Assembly: GCA_017303415.1 (NCBI GenBank)
Contig: JAFLBJ010000002.1
Span: forward strand, 1-64,000
Source: Chitinophagales bacterium
GTDB lineage: Bacteria > Bacteroidota > Bacteroidia > Chitinophagales > Chitinophagaceae
DNA: 64,000 nucleotides
Reading direction: 5' to 3'
The notes under the pieces were generated by a model. It made no database searches. It was not told the DNA's origin and saw nothing but the letters and a program-made list of their open reading frames with translations. Made by a program: the position numbers and the translations under genes. This document shows positions 38,258 to 49,349 of the stretch, in pieces. The first letter of the stretch is position 1. The number at the start of each line of letters is the position of its first letter.

Positions 38258-40420
38258 TTGGCCGAAAGGCATTGGAGAACGATAACAACTAAAAAATCTG
38301 GCGGAGCATTGGACATCCGGCGCGACATATTATGGAGGGTCTACCTCAGCTTTATTGGCATTGGCTTGCTTAGTATGCTGGTTCTTGGTAGAGCGATCTA
38401 CATCCAACGGGTGCAGGGCAGCTACTGGCGAAGCATGAGCGACAGCCTTCACCAACGCATCCAGGAAATTTCACCTGACCGGGGTACCATCTACAGCGAA
38501 GACGGACAAATGCTGAGTACCTCTCTCCCTGAGTTTGATATTTACATGGACTTTGCCGCCGACGGACTCCGCGAAAAGGACGGGAAACGCTTCCGCGAAA
38601 ACCTGGACTCCTTCGCTTATCACATGGCTGTCACCTTTGGCGAAAAATCCAAAGCCGCCTATGTAAGTGAACTGAAAAAAGCATTCAAAGAAAAGAGACG
38701 GTATTTCCTACTTAAGAAAAAGATGTCCTTTGAGGAATATAAGCGTTTCCGCGAGTTCCCTCTTGTTCGCCTTGGACGCAACCGCTCGGGTGTGATCGCC
38801 GAAGTCAACAGCAAACGCTTGATGCCGTATGGCCTCATGGCAAATCGTACCATTGGACTGGCCAGGAAGAATGCAGACAATGTGGGGTTGGAAAGAACCT
38901 ATGATTCGCTGCTGAAAGGACAAACCGGAAAAAGACTGGTACGGTTTATTGCCGGTGGTGCAGCCGTTCCCGTTGATGGCTACATGATCGAGCCCGAAAA
39001 CGGGAAAGATATTGTGACCACACTGGATGTACAGATACAGGACATAGCCCAAACAGCCCTGATGCGCAAGATGACCGAGAGTGAAGCACAGTATGGCACC
39101 TGTATCGTAATGGAAACAAAAACCGGAAAGATCAAAGCCATAGCCAACCTGGGTCGCCAAACAGATGGCAATTATTGGGAAGATTATAATTATGCCCTGC
39201 GCACGACTGAGCCGGGTTCTACCATCAAATTGGCCACCCTGCTTGCCACGCTGAGTGAAGGAACGGTTCGCCCCAACGACCTGGTTGAAGTTGGGACGGC
39301 AGGACATGCCATGGTTGGTAATGTTCGGGATGTGCCGGATGCTGAACGTTCTCCCAAACCAGTGCTCACTGTAAAAGAGTGTTTTGCGCATAGTTCCAAT
39401 GTAGGTATGGGTAAATTGGCCTATAAAACCTTTGGATCGAATCCAGCCAAATTCAAAGACTACCTCACAAAGTACCACCTCGATCAACGCACAGGGATCG
39501 ATCTGATAGGGGAAGAAAAACCGCGTCATGCCGTACTGAAGAAGAATAGAGAAGGGTTGATTGATCTTGTTACCATGAGCTTTGGGTATGCGATAAGGTT
39601 AAGCCCTCTTCAGACCCTTACCTTTTACAATGCCATTGCCAACAATGGGCGGATGATGAAGCCTTATCTCGTCAACCGAATCCTGCAGAATGGTATCCCT
39701 GTTAAAGAATTTCAACCCGAAGTGTTGGAGGAAAGGATAGCAGATGAAGCCGTGATCCGTACTGCCAAAGAGTCCATGGAAATGGTGATCACCGAAGGAA
39801 CGGGACGGCCCGCATTTCAGGGGATCAATTTCCCAGTAGCAGGAAAAACAGGAACGGCACATGTGGCCGATGGGAAGATTCAATATGCAGACAGGATCTA
39901 TCAAGCCTCTTTTGTTGGTTATTTTCCGGCCAATGATCCTCAATACACCTGTATCGTGGTCATTCGTACCCAACCCCATGCGTTTTATCACTATGGCGGA
40001 CAACTGGCCGCGCCGGTGTTCCGTGAGATCGCGACCAAACTGTATAATCAGCAGGTGGAGAAAAAAGCTGGACAACAGATCACATTTACCAGCGACAGCA
40101 GTCAGTACATGTATGCCGGAAACGGGCAGGCGATCCGTAAAGTATATGCCGATCTGGGAATGTCTTATCGCGATTCCTCCAACAGTAAAAATTGGTCAAG
40201 GGTAAGTCCGGAAAAAGGATATGCCATTGTCCGGGAAATACCCCAGACACCGGCGCAATTACCCGATCTGACCGGTATGGGATTGAAAGATGCGCTTTTG
40301 TTGTTGGAATCGAAAGGGGTAACCGTACAGGTAAGTGGGAAAGGAAAAGTGAAACAGCAATCATTACCTGCTGGTACGACCCTGACAAAAGGAATGGTGA
40401 TTCAATTGACTTTAGGATAA
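38258..40420 (+). CDS. ftsI: Peptidoglycan D,D-transpeptidase FtsI (PBP3 class) with a C-terminal PASTA domain
   Basis: N-terminal TM. Dimerisation domain. Transpeptidase STIK, SSN and KTGT motifs. The C-terminal roughly 70 aa is PASTA-like. Confidence 0.85.
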   Translation: MAERHWRTITTKKSGGALDIRRDILWRVYLSFIGIGLLSMLVLGRAIYIQRVQGSYWRSMSDSLHQRIQEISPDRGTIYSEDGQMLSTSLPEFDIYMDFAADGLREKDGKRFRENLDSFAYHMAVTFGEKSKAAYVSELKKAFKEKRRYFLLKKKMSFEEYKRFREFPLVRLGRNRSGVIAEVNSKRLMPYGLMANRTIGLARKNADNVGLERTYDSLLKGQTGKRLVRFIAGGAAVPVDGYMIEPENGKDIVTTLDVQIQDIAQTALMRKMTESEAQYGTCIVMETKTGKIKAIANLGRQTDGNYWEDYNYALRTTEPGSTIKLATLLATLSEGTVRPNDLVEVGTAGHAMVGNVRDVPDAERSPKPVLTVKECFAHSSNVGMGKLAYKTFGSNPAKFKDYLTKYHLDQRTGIDLIGEEKPRHAVLKKNREGLIDLVTMSFGYAIRLSPLQTLTFYNAIANNGRMMKPYLVNRILQNGIPVKEFQPEVLEERIADEAVIRTAKESMEMVITEGTGRPAFQGINFPVAGKTGTAHVADGKIQYADRIYQASFVGYFPANDPQYTCIVVIRTQPHAFYHYGGQLAAPVFREIATKLYNQQVEKKAGQQITFTSDSSQYMYAGNGQAIRKVYADLGMSYRDSSNSKNWSRVSPEKGYAIVREIPQTPAQLPDLTGMGLKDALLLLESKGVTVQVSGKGKVKQQSLPAGTTLTKGMVIQLTLG

Positions 40421-40430
40421 ATGATTCGAG

Positions 40431-41897
40431 TTGGTTAGCGTACAGGATATATTATATAAAGTGGCGATCCGGACAGTGGTGGGAAAAACTGCTACTTCCG
40501 TAAAGGATATCCAACTGGATTCAAGAAAAGTTACACCGAGTTCTTTGTTTGTGGCGGTAAAAGGGGCAGCAACCGATGGACATAGTTTCATGGCGAAAGC
40601 CGAAGAGGCCGGAGCCTCGGTCATTGTTTGCGAAACCTTACCGGTTACCCTGAACCCGGATATTTTATATGTCCAGGTCAACAACAGCGCTGAAGCAGCA
40701 GGGATCATGGCCCATAATTTTTATGGACAGCCTTCCTTAAAGCTGAAGCTGGTGGGTGTAACCGGAACCAATGGAAAGACAACCATCGCCACCTTATTAT
40801 ATAAGCTCTTTGTATCACTGGGTTACAACTGTGGATTGATCAGCACGGTGGAGAACCGCATTAACAGGGAAGTTATTCCTGCTACGCATACCACACCGGA
40901 TGCAGTTAGTCTGAATGCCCTGTTGCGGAGAATGGTGGATGAGGGATGCACACATGTTTTCATGGAGAACAGTTCGCATGCCATTCACCAGCACCGGAGC
41001 ACGGCCCTTCATTTTACCGGGGCCCTGTTCAGCAACATCACACATGACCACCTGGATTACCACAAAACATTTGATGAGTATATCCGGGTGAAGAAGGCCT
41101 TTTTTGATGGATTGTCTGCCGATGCTTTTGCCATCAGCAATCTGGATGATAAAAGAGGGCCGGTGATGTTGCAAAATACCGTAGCCAGGAAATATCTCTA
41201 CAGCCTTAAATCCATGGCTGATTTTAAAGGGAAGATCCTGGAGAATGGGTTGACCGGACTGATGATGACGGTGAATGAACAGGAGGTCCACTTCCGGTTG
41301 ATCGGCGAGTTCAATGCCTACAACCTGCTGGCGGTGTATGGAGTGGCGATCTGTCTGGGAGAAGATAAACATGATGTGTTGCGGAATCTTTCCCTGCTCA
41401 CGGGAGCCGAAGGAAGATTTGATTATCTCGTCTCCCGCAAAGAAAGGATCATGGCGATCGTTGATTATGCCCACACACCAGATGCGTTGCTGAATGTGTT
41501 GGCCACGATCAAGAAACTAAGAAAGGGGAATGAGCGGGTGTTCACCGTGGTTGGATGTGGAGGAGACAGGGACAAGACCAAAAGACCCGTGATGGCGGAA
41601 GTAGCAGCCGAACACAGTGATAAAGTGATCCTGACCAGCGATAACCCCCGGTCCGAAGAACCTGATGCGATCATCCGGGATATGGAAGCAGGATTAGGGA
41701 GTGCAGGAAAAAGAAGGACGATCTCGATTACCGACCGGCGTGAAGCGATCAAGACAGCCGTGAGTTTGGCAGGACCTGAGGATATCATCCTGATCGCTGG
41801 CAAAGGACATGAGAAGTACCAGGAGATAAAAGGAGTAAGACATCATTTCGACGACAAAGAAGTAGTGCAGGAGATGTTTGCATTACTGGAAAAATAA
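40431..41897 (+). CDS. murE: UDP-N-acetylmuramoyl-L-alanyl-D-glutamate--2,6-diaminopimelate ligase
   Basis: GVTGTNGKTT P-loop. DNPR motif in SDNPRSEEP. 488 aa. Confidence 0.85.
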   Translation: MVSVQDILYKVAIRTVVGKTATSVKDIQLDSRKVTPSSLFVAVKGAATDGHSFMAKAEEAGASVIVCETLPVTLNPDILYVQVNNSAEAAGIMAHNFYGQPSLKLKLVGVTGTNGKTTIATLLYKLFVSLGYNCGLISTVENRINREVIPATHTTPDAVSLNALLRRMVDEGCTHVFMENSSHAIHQHRSTALHFTGALFSNITHDHLDYHKTFDEYIRVKKAFFDGLSADAFAISNLDDKRGPVMLQNTVARKYLYSLKSMADFKGKILENGLTGLMMTVNEQEVHFRLIGEFNAYNLLAVYGVAICLGEDKHDVLRNLSLLTGAEGRFDYLVSRKERIMAIVDYAHTPDALLNVLATIKKLRKGNERVFTVVGCGGDRDKTKRPVMAEVAAEHSDKVILTSDNPRSEEPDAIIRDMEAGLGSAGKRRTISITDRREAIKTAVSLAGPEDIILIAGKGHEKYQEIKGVRHHFDDKEVVQEMFALLEK

Positions 41898-41922
41898 AAG
41901 TAAACCGACAAACCAGGCCAAC

Positions 41923-43200
41923 ATGTTATATCATTTGTTTCAGTGGTTCGAGCAACAGGATATCCACCTTCCGGGTAGCCGCCTGTTCCTCTTTACCACG
42001 TCGCGGGTGTTGTTGGCTCTCCTCTTGTCGCTCGTGGTGACCATGATCTATGGCAAACGACTGATCAACTTCCTGAAAAGAAAACAAGTAGGGGAAACAG
42101 TACGCGACCTGGGACTGGCCGGAGAGCAAAGCAAGAAAGGGACACCAACCATGGGAGGTTTCATCATCATCCTGGGAATAATATTACCCACGATCCTGTT
42201 GGCCAATCTCAATTCGGTTTACATCATCGTGATGTTGATCGCCACGGTCTGGCTGGGCGCGATCGGTTTTGTAGATGATTATTTGAAATTAAGGGCCAAA
42301 CGCCTGGCACAGCAACAAGGTGTGAATTATAAAAAGGGAGACAAAGATGGCCTGGCTGGTTGGTTTAAAATACTTGGACAGGTTGGATTGGGTATCACGG
42401 TCGGGGCTGTACTCATCTTTAACAGCGAAGTAAAGATCTGGCGTGAATACCAGGGGGTGTTCAATCCCAATAACCCGGACATGGAAGTCAGGACCGTGGA
42501 TGGAAAGGAAAAAGTTTTTGTGGTCACCAAAGAGCCGATCACCACCATTCCCTTTGTCAGGTCTCATGAATTCAACTATACCAAACTTCTTCCCGAAGGG
42601 ATCCGTGATTATGCCTGGGTGTTGTATATCCTCATCGTGATCTTCATCATCACCGCTGTATCCAACGGTGCCAATATCACAGATGGATTGGATGGCTTAG
42701 CCTCGGGAACATCCGCGCTGATCGGGGTCTGTTTGGGCATATTCGCCTATGCCAGTGGTAATTTTTATTTCGCTGACTATCTGAACATCATGTATATCCC
42801 GGGGCTGGAGGAGTTATCCATATTCATTGCAGCCATGATCGGGGCCAGTATAGGGTTTATGTGGTACAATGCTTATCCCGCCCAGGTATTCATGGGCGAT
42901 ACGGGAAGCCTGACATTGGGTGGATTGATCGCTGCCATTGCCATCATTGTGCATAAGGAATTGCTGATCCCGATCTTTTGCGGGGTGTTCCTGGTAGAGA
43001 ACCTGAGCGTGATGTTGCAGGTTGGGTATTTTAAATACACCAGGAAAAAGTATGGAGAGGGAAGACGGATCTTTTTGATGAGTCCGCTCCACCACCATTA
43101 CCAAAAGAAAGGCTACCACGAGGCCAAGATCGTGACCCGTTTCTGGATCGTAACGCTGTTGTGTGTGGCCTTTGCCATCGCAACACTTAAAATACGGTAA
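41923..43200 (+). CDS. mraY: Phospho-N-acetylmuramoyl-pentapeptide transferase
   Basis: GKRLINFLKRKQVGETVRD. DD and DG motifs (NGANITDGLDGLA). Polytopic. Start trimmed to 41923. Confidence 0.85.
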   Translation: MLYHLFQWFEQQDIHLPGSRLFLFTTSRVLLALLLSLVVTMIYGKRLINFLKRKQVGETVRDLGLAGEQSKKGTPTMGGFIIILGIILPTILLANLNSVYIIVMLIATVWLGAIGFVDDYLKLRAKRLAQQQGVNYKKGDKDGLAGWFKILGQVGLGITVGAVLIFNSEVKIWREYQGVFNPNNPDMEVRTVDGKEKVFVVTKEPITTIPFVRSHEFNYTKLLPEGIRDYAWVLYILIVIFIITAVSNGANITDGLDGLASGTSALIGVCLGIFAYASGNFYFADYLNIMYIPGLEELSIFIAAMIGASIGFMWYNAYPAQVFMGDTGSLTLGGLIAAIAIIVHKELLIPIFCGVFLVENLSVMLQVGYFKYTRKKYGEGRRIFLMSPLHHHYQKKGYHEAKIVTRFWIVTLLCVAFAIATLKIR

Positions 43201-43400
43201 GATACTGAAGCCACCGTGGTTTCATCTGTGAAAAACCTATCGGATTCATGATGATTGTGTGGTACAGTTTAAAACCAATACTTCTGAAGAACCCCACCCG
43301 TACGTATTTCTCCTGGCGGACGGCCTGATAGCAGGCCCGCTTTGAGAAAAGAAGGCAGCGCTGAAAAATCTGAGCGTGCGCTGTAAGAAATGGAAGAAGC

Positions 43401-44741
43401 ATGCGTGAGCGTTTCGTCATACTGGGAGGAGGAGAAAGTGGCATCGGGGCTGCGTTGCTGGCAAAGCAACAAGGCTATGATGTTTTTCTTTCCGACCAGG
43501 GTTCTTTGAAAGAGGGTTGGAAACAGGAATTGATCAAAGAAAGCATCCCCTTTGAAGAAGGCGGACATACTTCCTCGATCGTCCTGGCTGCCGATGAGAT
43601 CATGAAGAGCCCGGGTATCCCCGAAAAGAATGAGATGGTAAAAGCCATCCGAAAGAAAGGGATACCGGTCATCAGCGAGATCGAACTGGCCTACCGGTTT
43701 AAAGGAAAGAGCCGGATCATCGCCATCACCGGGAGCAATGGAAAAACCACCACCACGGCGCTTATCTATCATATCTGCAAAACCGCAGGATTGGATTGCG
43801 CGCTGGTGGGAAATATTGGATTCTCCTTTGCCCGGCAGGTAGCCACCGACCCCAAACCCTTGTATGTAGCAGAGATCAGCAGTTTTCAGCTGGATGATAT
43901 CCACCACTTCAAACCCGATGTGGCGATACTCACCAATATCACTGAAGACCACCTGGATCGCTACGAATACAAATTCGAGAATTATATCCGCAGCAAATTC
44001 CGGATCGTGATGAACCAGGATAGCAGTGACCATTTCATTTACTGCGCGGATGACGAAGTGACCATGCAGTATATAGACCAATTTAAAATACTCTCTAACC
44101 CATTACCAATTAGTATGAGAAAAGAACTGGCCAACGGAGCATTTATCAAAGACGGGGACGTGTATGTAAGGACAGGACATGAACACATTTCAATGAGTGT
44201 GTACGACTTTGCCCTGAAAGGGAAACATAATCAATACAATACTATGGCCGCATGTGTAGCCGGAGCCACCATGGATATCCGGAAAGAGAAGATCAGGGAG
44301 GCTGTGCAAACATTCCACAGCCTGGAGCACCGCATGGAGCCGGTATCAACGGTCAGAGGAGTAGAGTTCATCAACGACAGTAAAGCAACCAACGTCAACA
44401 GCACCTGGTATGCACTGGAAAGCATGAACAAACCGACTGTTATCATCCTGGGTGGTGTGGACAAGGGGAATGACTATTCCCTGATCGAAGACCTGGTAAA
44501 GGAAAAAGTGAAAGGCATTGTTTGCCTGGGTACAGATAATACCAAGATCCACGAAGCATTTAAAAATATTGGATGCCCTATTGTAAACACAGGCAGCGCC
44601 TCAGAAGCCGTACATGCTGCCTTTCAATTAGCTACCAAAGGCGATGTGGTCCTGTTAAGCCCGGCTTGTGCCAGTTTTGACCTGTTCAAAAACTACGAAG
44701 ACCGTGGCAATCAGTTCAAACAAGCCGTTCGCGAATTATAA
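43401..44741 (+). CDS. murD: UDP-N-acetylmuramoylalanine--D-glutamate ligase
   Basis: N-terminal Rossmann fold VILGGGESGIGAA. ITGSNGKTTTT P-loop. 446 aa. Confidence 0.85.
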   Translation: MRERFVILGGGESGIGAALLAKQQGYDVFLSDQGSLKEGWKQELIKESIPFEEGGHTSSIVLAADEIMKSPGIPEKNEMVKAIRKKGIPVISEIELAYRFKGKSRIIAITGSNGKTTTTALIYHICKTAGLDCALVGNIGFSFARQVATDPKPLYVAEISSFQLDDIHHFKPDVAILTNITEDHLDRYEYKFENYIRSKFRIVMNQDSSDHFIYCADDEVTMQYIDQFKILSNPLPISMRKELANGAFIKDGDVYVRTGHEHISMSVYDFALKGKHNQYNTMAACVAGATMDIRKEKIREAVQTFHSLEHRMEPVSTVRGVEFINDSKATNVNSTWYALESMNKPTVIILGGVDKGNDYSLIEDLVKEKVKGIVCLGTDNTKIHEAFKNIGCPIVNTGSASEAVHAAFQLATKGDVVLLSPACASFDLFKNYEDRGNQFKQAVREL

Positions 44742-44759
44742 GTAAAGAGTGTATAGAAA

Positions 44760-46016
44760 ATGACAGAACCGGTACAAATAGAGAATCCCCTTCGGCGCTT
44801 TAGCGCCCGCACCAAAGGCGACAAGGTCATCTGGGCCCTGGTTGTCTTATTGGTGTTGGTGTCTTTGCTGGTGGTGTACAGCGCTACCGGCTCACTCGCC
44901 TATAAAATGTATAAAGGGAATACCGAGATCTATCTTTTCAAACAGATCATGTTCATCATCATGGGGATCGCGGTGATCTATTTTGCCCATAAGGTCAATT
45001 ATACGATCTACTCAAAGGTGGCGCAGATCCTATTCCTGCTTTCCATACCCTTATTGGTCTATACCCTCTTTTTTGGTGTTCGGATGAATGAAGGTAGCCG
45101 TTGGATACGACTGCCCATCATCAATATGACCATGCAAACCTCCGACCTGGCCAAACTCGCCCTGTTCATGTACCTCGCGCGTTTGTTGAGCCGGAAACAA
45201 CAAGTGATCAAGGACCTGAAGAAAGGCTATCTCCATCTGATCACACCGGTGGCCGTCATTTGTATGCTCATTGCACCAGCCAACCTTTCAACTGCCCTGC
45301 TACTGGGGGCGAGTTGTATGCTGCTGCTCTTTATCGGCCGGGCGAATACAAAACATTTGCTGGTCACGGTTGGAATCGTTTTGATCCCGCTTGTCCTGCT
45401 CATCGGTGCTGCCATGATCAAGCATCATGCAAATGAGGGACAGGAAGCGGAAGTGAGAAAAGGAAGTTCAGGAGGATTGTTTGCCCGGGTAGATACCTGG
45501 ATCAGTCGCGTGGAAGGCTTTATGTATGGTGGAGGAAAAGAAGCAGCCAATGAAGACGCTTACCAGGTCAATCAGGCCAAGATCGCGATTGCTAAAGGCG
45601 GGTTGCTGGGCGTTGGACCAGGGAACAGTACCCAACGAAACTTTTTGCCACAGGCCTATAACGATTTTATCTATCCCATCATCATTGAGGAGTATGGGCT
45701 GGCCGGTGGGGCGTTTATCTTATTTATTTATCTGGTTTTCTTATATAGAAGCATACGCATTTTTAAACGTTGTCCCTATGCCTTTGGCGCTTTTCTCGCC
45801 CTGGGCTTGAGTTTTACCCTCGTCATTCAGGCGGTGGTGAATATGGCAGTGAGTGTAAACCTGTTTCCTGTAACAGGGGTAACTCTTCCACTGGTGAGCA
45901 TGGGGGGAAGTAGTTTTCTCTTTACCTGCTTGTCAATTGGGATCATTTTGAGTGTGGCCAGCAATGTGGAGAAACTGGAAGGAAAAAATGCGCAGGCGGA
46001 AACTGTTGAAGCATGA
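44760..46016 (+). CDS. ftsW: Peptidoglycan glycosyltransferase FtsW (SEDS family)
   Basis: Ten TM segments. The SEDS conserved loop is present. Position between murD and murG. Confidence 0.8.
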   Translation: MTEPVQIENPLRRFSARTKGDKVIWALVVLLVLVSLLVVYSATGSLAYKMYKGNTEIYLFKQIMFIIMGIAVIYFAHKVNYTIYSKVAQILFLLSIPLLVYTLFFGVRMNEGSRWIRLPIINMTMQTSDLAKLALFMYLARLLSRKQQVIKDLKKGYLHLITPVAVICMLIAPANLSTALLLGASCMLLLFIGRANTKHLLVTVGIVLIPLVLLIGAAMIKHHANEGQEAEVRKGSSGGLFARVDTWISRVEGFMYGGGKEAANEDAYQVNQAKIAIAKGGLLGVGPGNSTQRNFLPQAYNDFIYPIIIEEYGLAGGAFILFIYLVFLYRSIRIFKRCPYAFGAFLALGLSFTLVIQAVVNMAVSVNLFPVTGVTLPLVSMGGSSFLFTCLSIGIILSVASNVEKLEGKNAQAETVEA

Positions 46017-47110
46017 CCAAAAGGGTGATCATAGCCGGGGGTGGTACAGGCGGACATATTTTTCCCGCCATCGCGATTGCCCATGCGCTGAAAAAACTGG
46101 ACCCTTCGATTGAGATATTATTTGTAGGGGCCAAGGGTAAAATGGAAATGGAGAAAGTACCCCAGGCAGGATTTGATATCATCGGATTGGATATAGCCGG
46201 GTTCAACCGAAGTTCTTTGATAAAAAATATTGGATTGCCCTTTAAACTCCTGAAGAGTTTATGGCAGGCCAGATCGATCCTGGTAGGGTTTCTTCCCAAT
46301 GCGGTGGTCGGGGTAGGTGGTTACGCCAGTTTCCCGATGCTCCGACAGGCGCAACGAAAGAAGATTCCAACCCTGATTCAGGAACAGAATTCGCACGCCG
46401 GGAAATCAAATACCATACTTGGCCGGAAAGCAAACCGGATCTGTGTGGCGTATGAAGGCATGGATAAATTCTTTCCTGCAGATCGGATACTGCTCACCGG
46501 TAACCCGGTAAGGGCCACCATCAGTGGTTCCACCTGTAGCCGCGAAGAAGGGGCCGCCTTTTTCAAACTTGACCCATCAAAAAAGATCTTGTTGGTGGTG
46601 GGAGGAAGTCTGGGCGCCCGCTCGATCAACGAAGCCATGGAAAGCGGATTGGATTCCCTGCTTGAAGCAGGTATCCAGGTCATCTGGCAAACCGGAAAAC
46701 CTTTTCTTGAAAGGGCCAGTGCCAAAGCAGCCGGGAAGCAGGGAGTGTGGGTAAACGATTTTATCACCCAGATGGAATTTGGCTACGCGGCGGCAGATGC
46801 AGTGATCTCAAGGGCAGGTGCCATGGCGATCGCAGAATTATGTGTGTTGAAAAAGCCTGTGCTCTTTGTGCCTTTTCCCTTTGCGGCGGAAGACCATCAA
46901 ACAGTCAATGCCCAAAGCCTGGTAAAAAAGAATGCGGCCTTGATGGTGAAAGACAGCGAAGCAAAGGAAAAGGTCGTTCCCATGATGCTGGACCTATTAA
47001 ACGATGAGGCAAAAAGAATGGAGCTGGTAAGGAATATTTCCGAATTGGGAATAACAGATGCCGATGAGCGGATAGCCAGAGAGGTTTTGGCACTCATCAA
47101 AAACAAATGA
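46013..47110 (+). CDS. murG: UDP-GlcNAc:lipid I N-acetylglucosaminyltransferase
   Basis: IAGGGTGGHIFPAIA N-terminal motif. 365 aa. 4 nt overlap with ftsW. Confidence 0.9.
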   Translation: MTKRVIIAGGGTGGHIFPAIAIAHALKKLDPSIEILFVGAKGKMEMEKVPQAGFDIIGLDIAGFNRSSLIKNIGLPFKLLKSLWQARSILVGFLPNAVVGVGGYASFPMLRQAQRKKIPTLIQEQNSHAGKSNTILGRKANRICVAYEGMDKFFPADRILLTGNPVRATISGSTCSREEGAAFFKLDPSKKILLVVGGSLGARSINEAMESGLDSLLEAGIQVIWQTGKPFLERASAKAAGKQGVWVNDFITQMEFGYAAADAVISRAGAMAIAELCVLKKPVLFVPFPFAAEDHQTVNAQSLVKKNAALMVKDSEAKEKVVPMMLDLLNDEAKRMELVRNISELGITDADERIAREVLALIKNK

Positions 47111-48519
47111 ACAACGAGTCTCAACATACTGTCCTTATGAATACCCCCTTTCGGGGGAAACGGGTTTATTTCATTGGTATCGGTGGTATCGGGATGAGTG
47201 CATTGGCCCGTTACTTCCATACCCAGGGTGCGCTGGTGAGTGGATATGATAAAACCTCCACTCCTCTTACGAGAGAGTTGGAGGCATCGGGGATCGGGGT
47301 GCATTATAATGAAGATATTACCAAGGTCCCTCAAAATGCGGAATTGGTGGTGTACACACCCGCCATTCCCAAAGAGCATCAGGAGCTGGTTTATCTCCAG
47401 CAGCAAGGATATAACGTAGTAAAACGCAGCGATGTGCTGCAGATGATATCCAACAGTTCTTTTAATATCTGTATTGCCGGTACCCATGGCAAAACGACCA
47501 TTACCACCATGATCGCGCATCTCTTGCGCGATTCTGGCTATGGCTGCAACGCCTTTTTAGGCGGGATCTCTGTAAACTATGGCACCAATTTCTGGAGCCA
47601 TGAACGAAACGTATGTGTGATAGAAGCGGATGAGTATGATCGGAGTTTTTTGAAATTAAGTCCGGATATCGCGGTGATCACGGCGATGGATGCTGACCAC
47701 CTCGATATCTATGGCACAGCGGAGGAAATGGAAAAGGCTTTTATTGAGTTTTCCGGAAAGGTAAAACCATCTGGTAAACTGGTGAGCAAGTTCGGGTTGA
47801 AAAGAGGGAAAGACCTGTTGACACCCGACCGGACCACCTACAGCCTACAGAATGAAAGTGCCGATGTGTATGCCGACAATATCCGAATGAAAAGCGGCAG
47901 CTACACCTTCGATGTGGTGATGAAAGACAATAGGCTGAATGATGTGGTACTGCATATGGGCGGTATGCACAATGTGGAGAATATCACCGCGGCAATAGCG
48001 GTGGCCAGTTCTTTGGGGATCGAAAATGAGAAGATCAAATCGGCCGTGGAAAATTTCCGGGGCGTAAAACGACGCTTTGAGTATATCATCAAAACCGATA
48101 ACCAGGTTTTTATCGATGATTATGCGCATCACCCGGAAGAACTCAGGGCATTGATCACCGGGGCAAAATCTCTGTTTGCAGGTAAAACCTGTACGGTCAT
48201 TTTTCAACCGCACCTGTTTACCCGTACCAGGGACCATGCGGACGGGTTTGCCGAAGTGCTTGACCTGGCGGACCGGGTCGTTCTGCTCCCGATCTATCCT
48301 GCAAGGGAATTACCGATCGAGGGAGTGAACAGTGAAATGATCCTGGAAAGAATGAAAAACCCTAATAAGGAGCTCGTAAAGAAAGAGGATTTGATGAGCT
48401 GGGTCCAACAGTACGCCAAAACCTGGAACAAGGAATTGGGAAATGTGCTGGTAACCGCAGGAGCAGGGGATATTGATGGAGAACTTGTTGGAATAAAAGA
48501 AATATTAAATAAAAGCTAA
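47107..48519 (+). CDS. murC: UDP-N-acetylmuramate--L-alanine ligase
   Basis: YFIGIGGIGMSALA N-terminus. GTHGKTTIT P-loop. 470 aa. Confidence 0.9.
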   Translation: MNNESQHTVLMNTPFRGKRVYFIGIGGIGMSALARYFHTQGALVSGYDKTSTPLTRELEASGIGVHYNEDITKVPQNAELVVYTPAIPKEHQELVYLQQQGYNVVKRSDVLQMISNSSFNICIAGTHGKTTITTMIAHLLRDSGYGCNAFLGGISVNYGTNFWSHERNVCVIEADEYDRSFLKLSPDIAVITAMDADHLDIYGTAEEMEKAFIEFSGKVKPSGKLVSKFGLKRGKDLLTPDRTTYSLQNESADVYADNIRMKSGSYTFDVVMKDNRLNDVVLHMGGMHNVENITAAIAVASSLGIENEKIKSAVENFRGVKRRFEYIIKTDNQVFIDDYAHHPEELRALITGAKSLFAGKTCTVIFQPHLFTRTRDHADGFAEVLDLADRVVLLPIYPARELPIEGVNSEMILERMKNPNKELVKKEDLMSWVQQYAKTWNKELGNVLVTAGAGDIDGELVGIKEILNKS

Positions 48520-48537
48520 TAGCTATTGGCTATTAGC
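48515..48537. repeat. GCTAATAGC-loop-GCTATTAGC hairpin overlapping the murC stop codon. Same stem as the 12951-12985 terminator
   Basis: 'gctaatagctattggctattagc'. The stem is identical to the hairpin at 12956-12978, with a different loop. Confidence 0.6.
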
Positions 48538-48554
48538 TATTAGTCAAGAAAACC

Positions 48555-49337
48555 GTGAACACTAAAAGAACGATACGAAAACTATTTATAACAGCCATCT
48601 GGCTCCTCGTTGGCGGAGGGCTTGTTTCCTTATTGCTCGCGGCCAACAGCAATAAGAAGCGGCAGGTATGCAATGATTATACGATTGTGATCAAGGGTAT
48701 GGGAGAGAAACCCGTGATCGCTGAAGCTGAGGTTTTGCAGTGGGTGCGTTCCGTGGCCAAAGGAAACATTCGTCAGCAACCTGTTAAGGAACTGGATCTG
48801 CATACGATGGAGCTTTTGGTAGAGAAGAATGCCTGGGTAAAAGATGCCGAGTTGTGGTTTGATAACCGAAATGTATTGCATATAGTGGTAGAAGAACGTT
48901 CCCCCTTGGCGCGGGTATTTACCACCAGTTCAGGCTCTTATTATCTCGATAATGAATTACACCGCTTGCCTTTGAAAAAAGGGTGGATGATCGAGTTGCC
49001 TGTTTTTACCGGCTTCCCGGATCGCAATAAGTGGACGAAAAAAGACAGCCTGTTAGGAAAAGATATTATCCTATTAGCGGATCATATCTCCCGGGATGAA
49101 TTCTGGAAGGCACAAATTGAGCAGGTGGACATGGATTCACGCGGTCAGTTTGATCTGGTAACCCTGGTTGGCAATAACATTATTCGCCTTGGGAAGGCCG
49201 AAGACCTGGAATCGAAATTTTACCGGCTTGATCTTTTTTATAAAAAAGTACTGAGCAAAACCGGCTTTGAAAAGTACGCCGCCATTGATGTACGTTTCAA
49301 GGGCCAGATCGTTGGACAAAAAAAAGCTAACAACTAA
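48555..49337 (+). CDS. ftsQ: Cell-division protein FtsQ (POTRA domain)
   Basis: N-terminal TM followed by a POTRA-like domain. Position between murC and ftsA. Confidence 0.7.
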   Translation: MNTKRTIRKLFITAIWLLVGGGLVSLLLAANSNKKRQVCNDYTIVIKGMGEKPVIAEAEVLQWVRSVAKGNIRQQPVKELDLHTMELLVEKNAWVKDAELWFDNRNVLHIVVEERSPLARVFTTSSGSYYLDNELHRLPLKKGWMIELPVFTGFPDRNKWTKKDSLLGKDIILLADHISRDEFWKAQIEQVDMDSRGQFDLVTLVGNNIIRLGKAEDLESKFYRLDLFYKKVLSKTGFEKYAAIDVRFKGQIVGQKKANN

Positions 49338-49349
49338 ACACAGCATATC

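Noticed and set aside
38708-39529. 273-aa minus-strand ORF
   Set aside because: It is antisense to ftsI.
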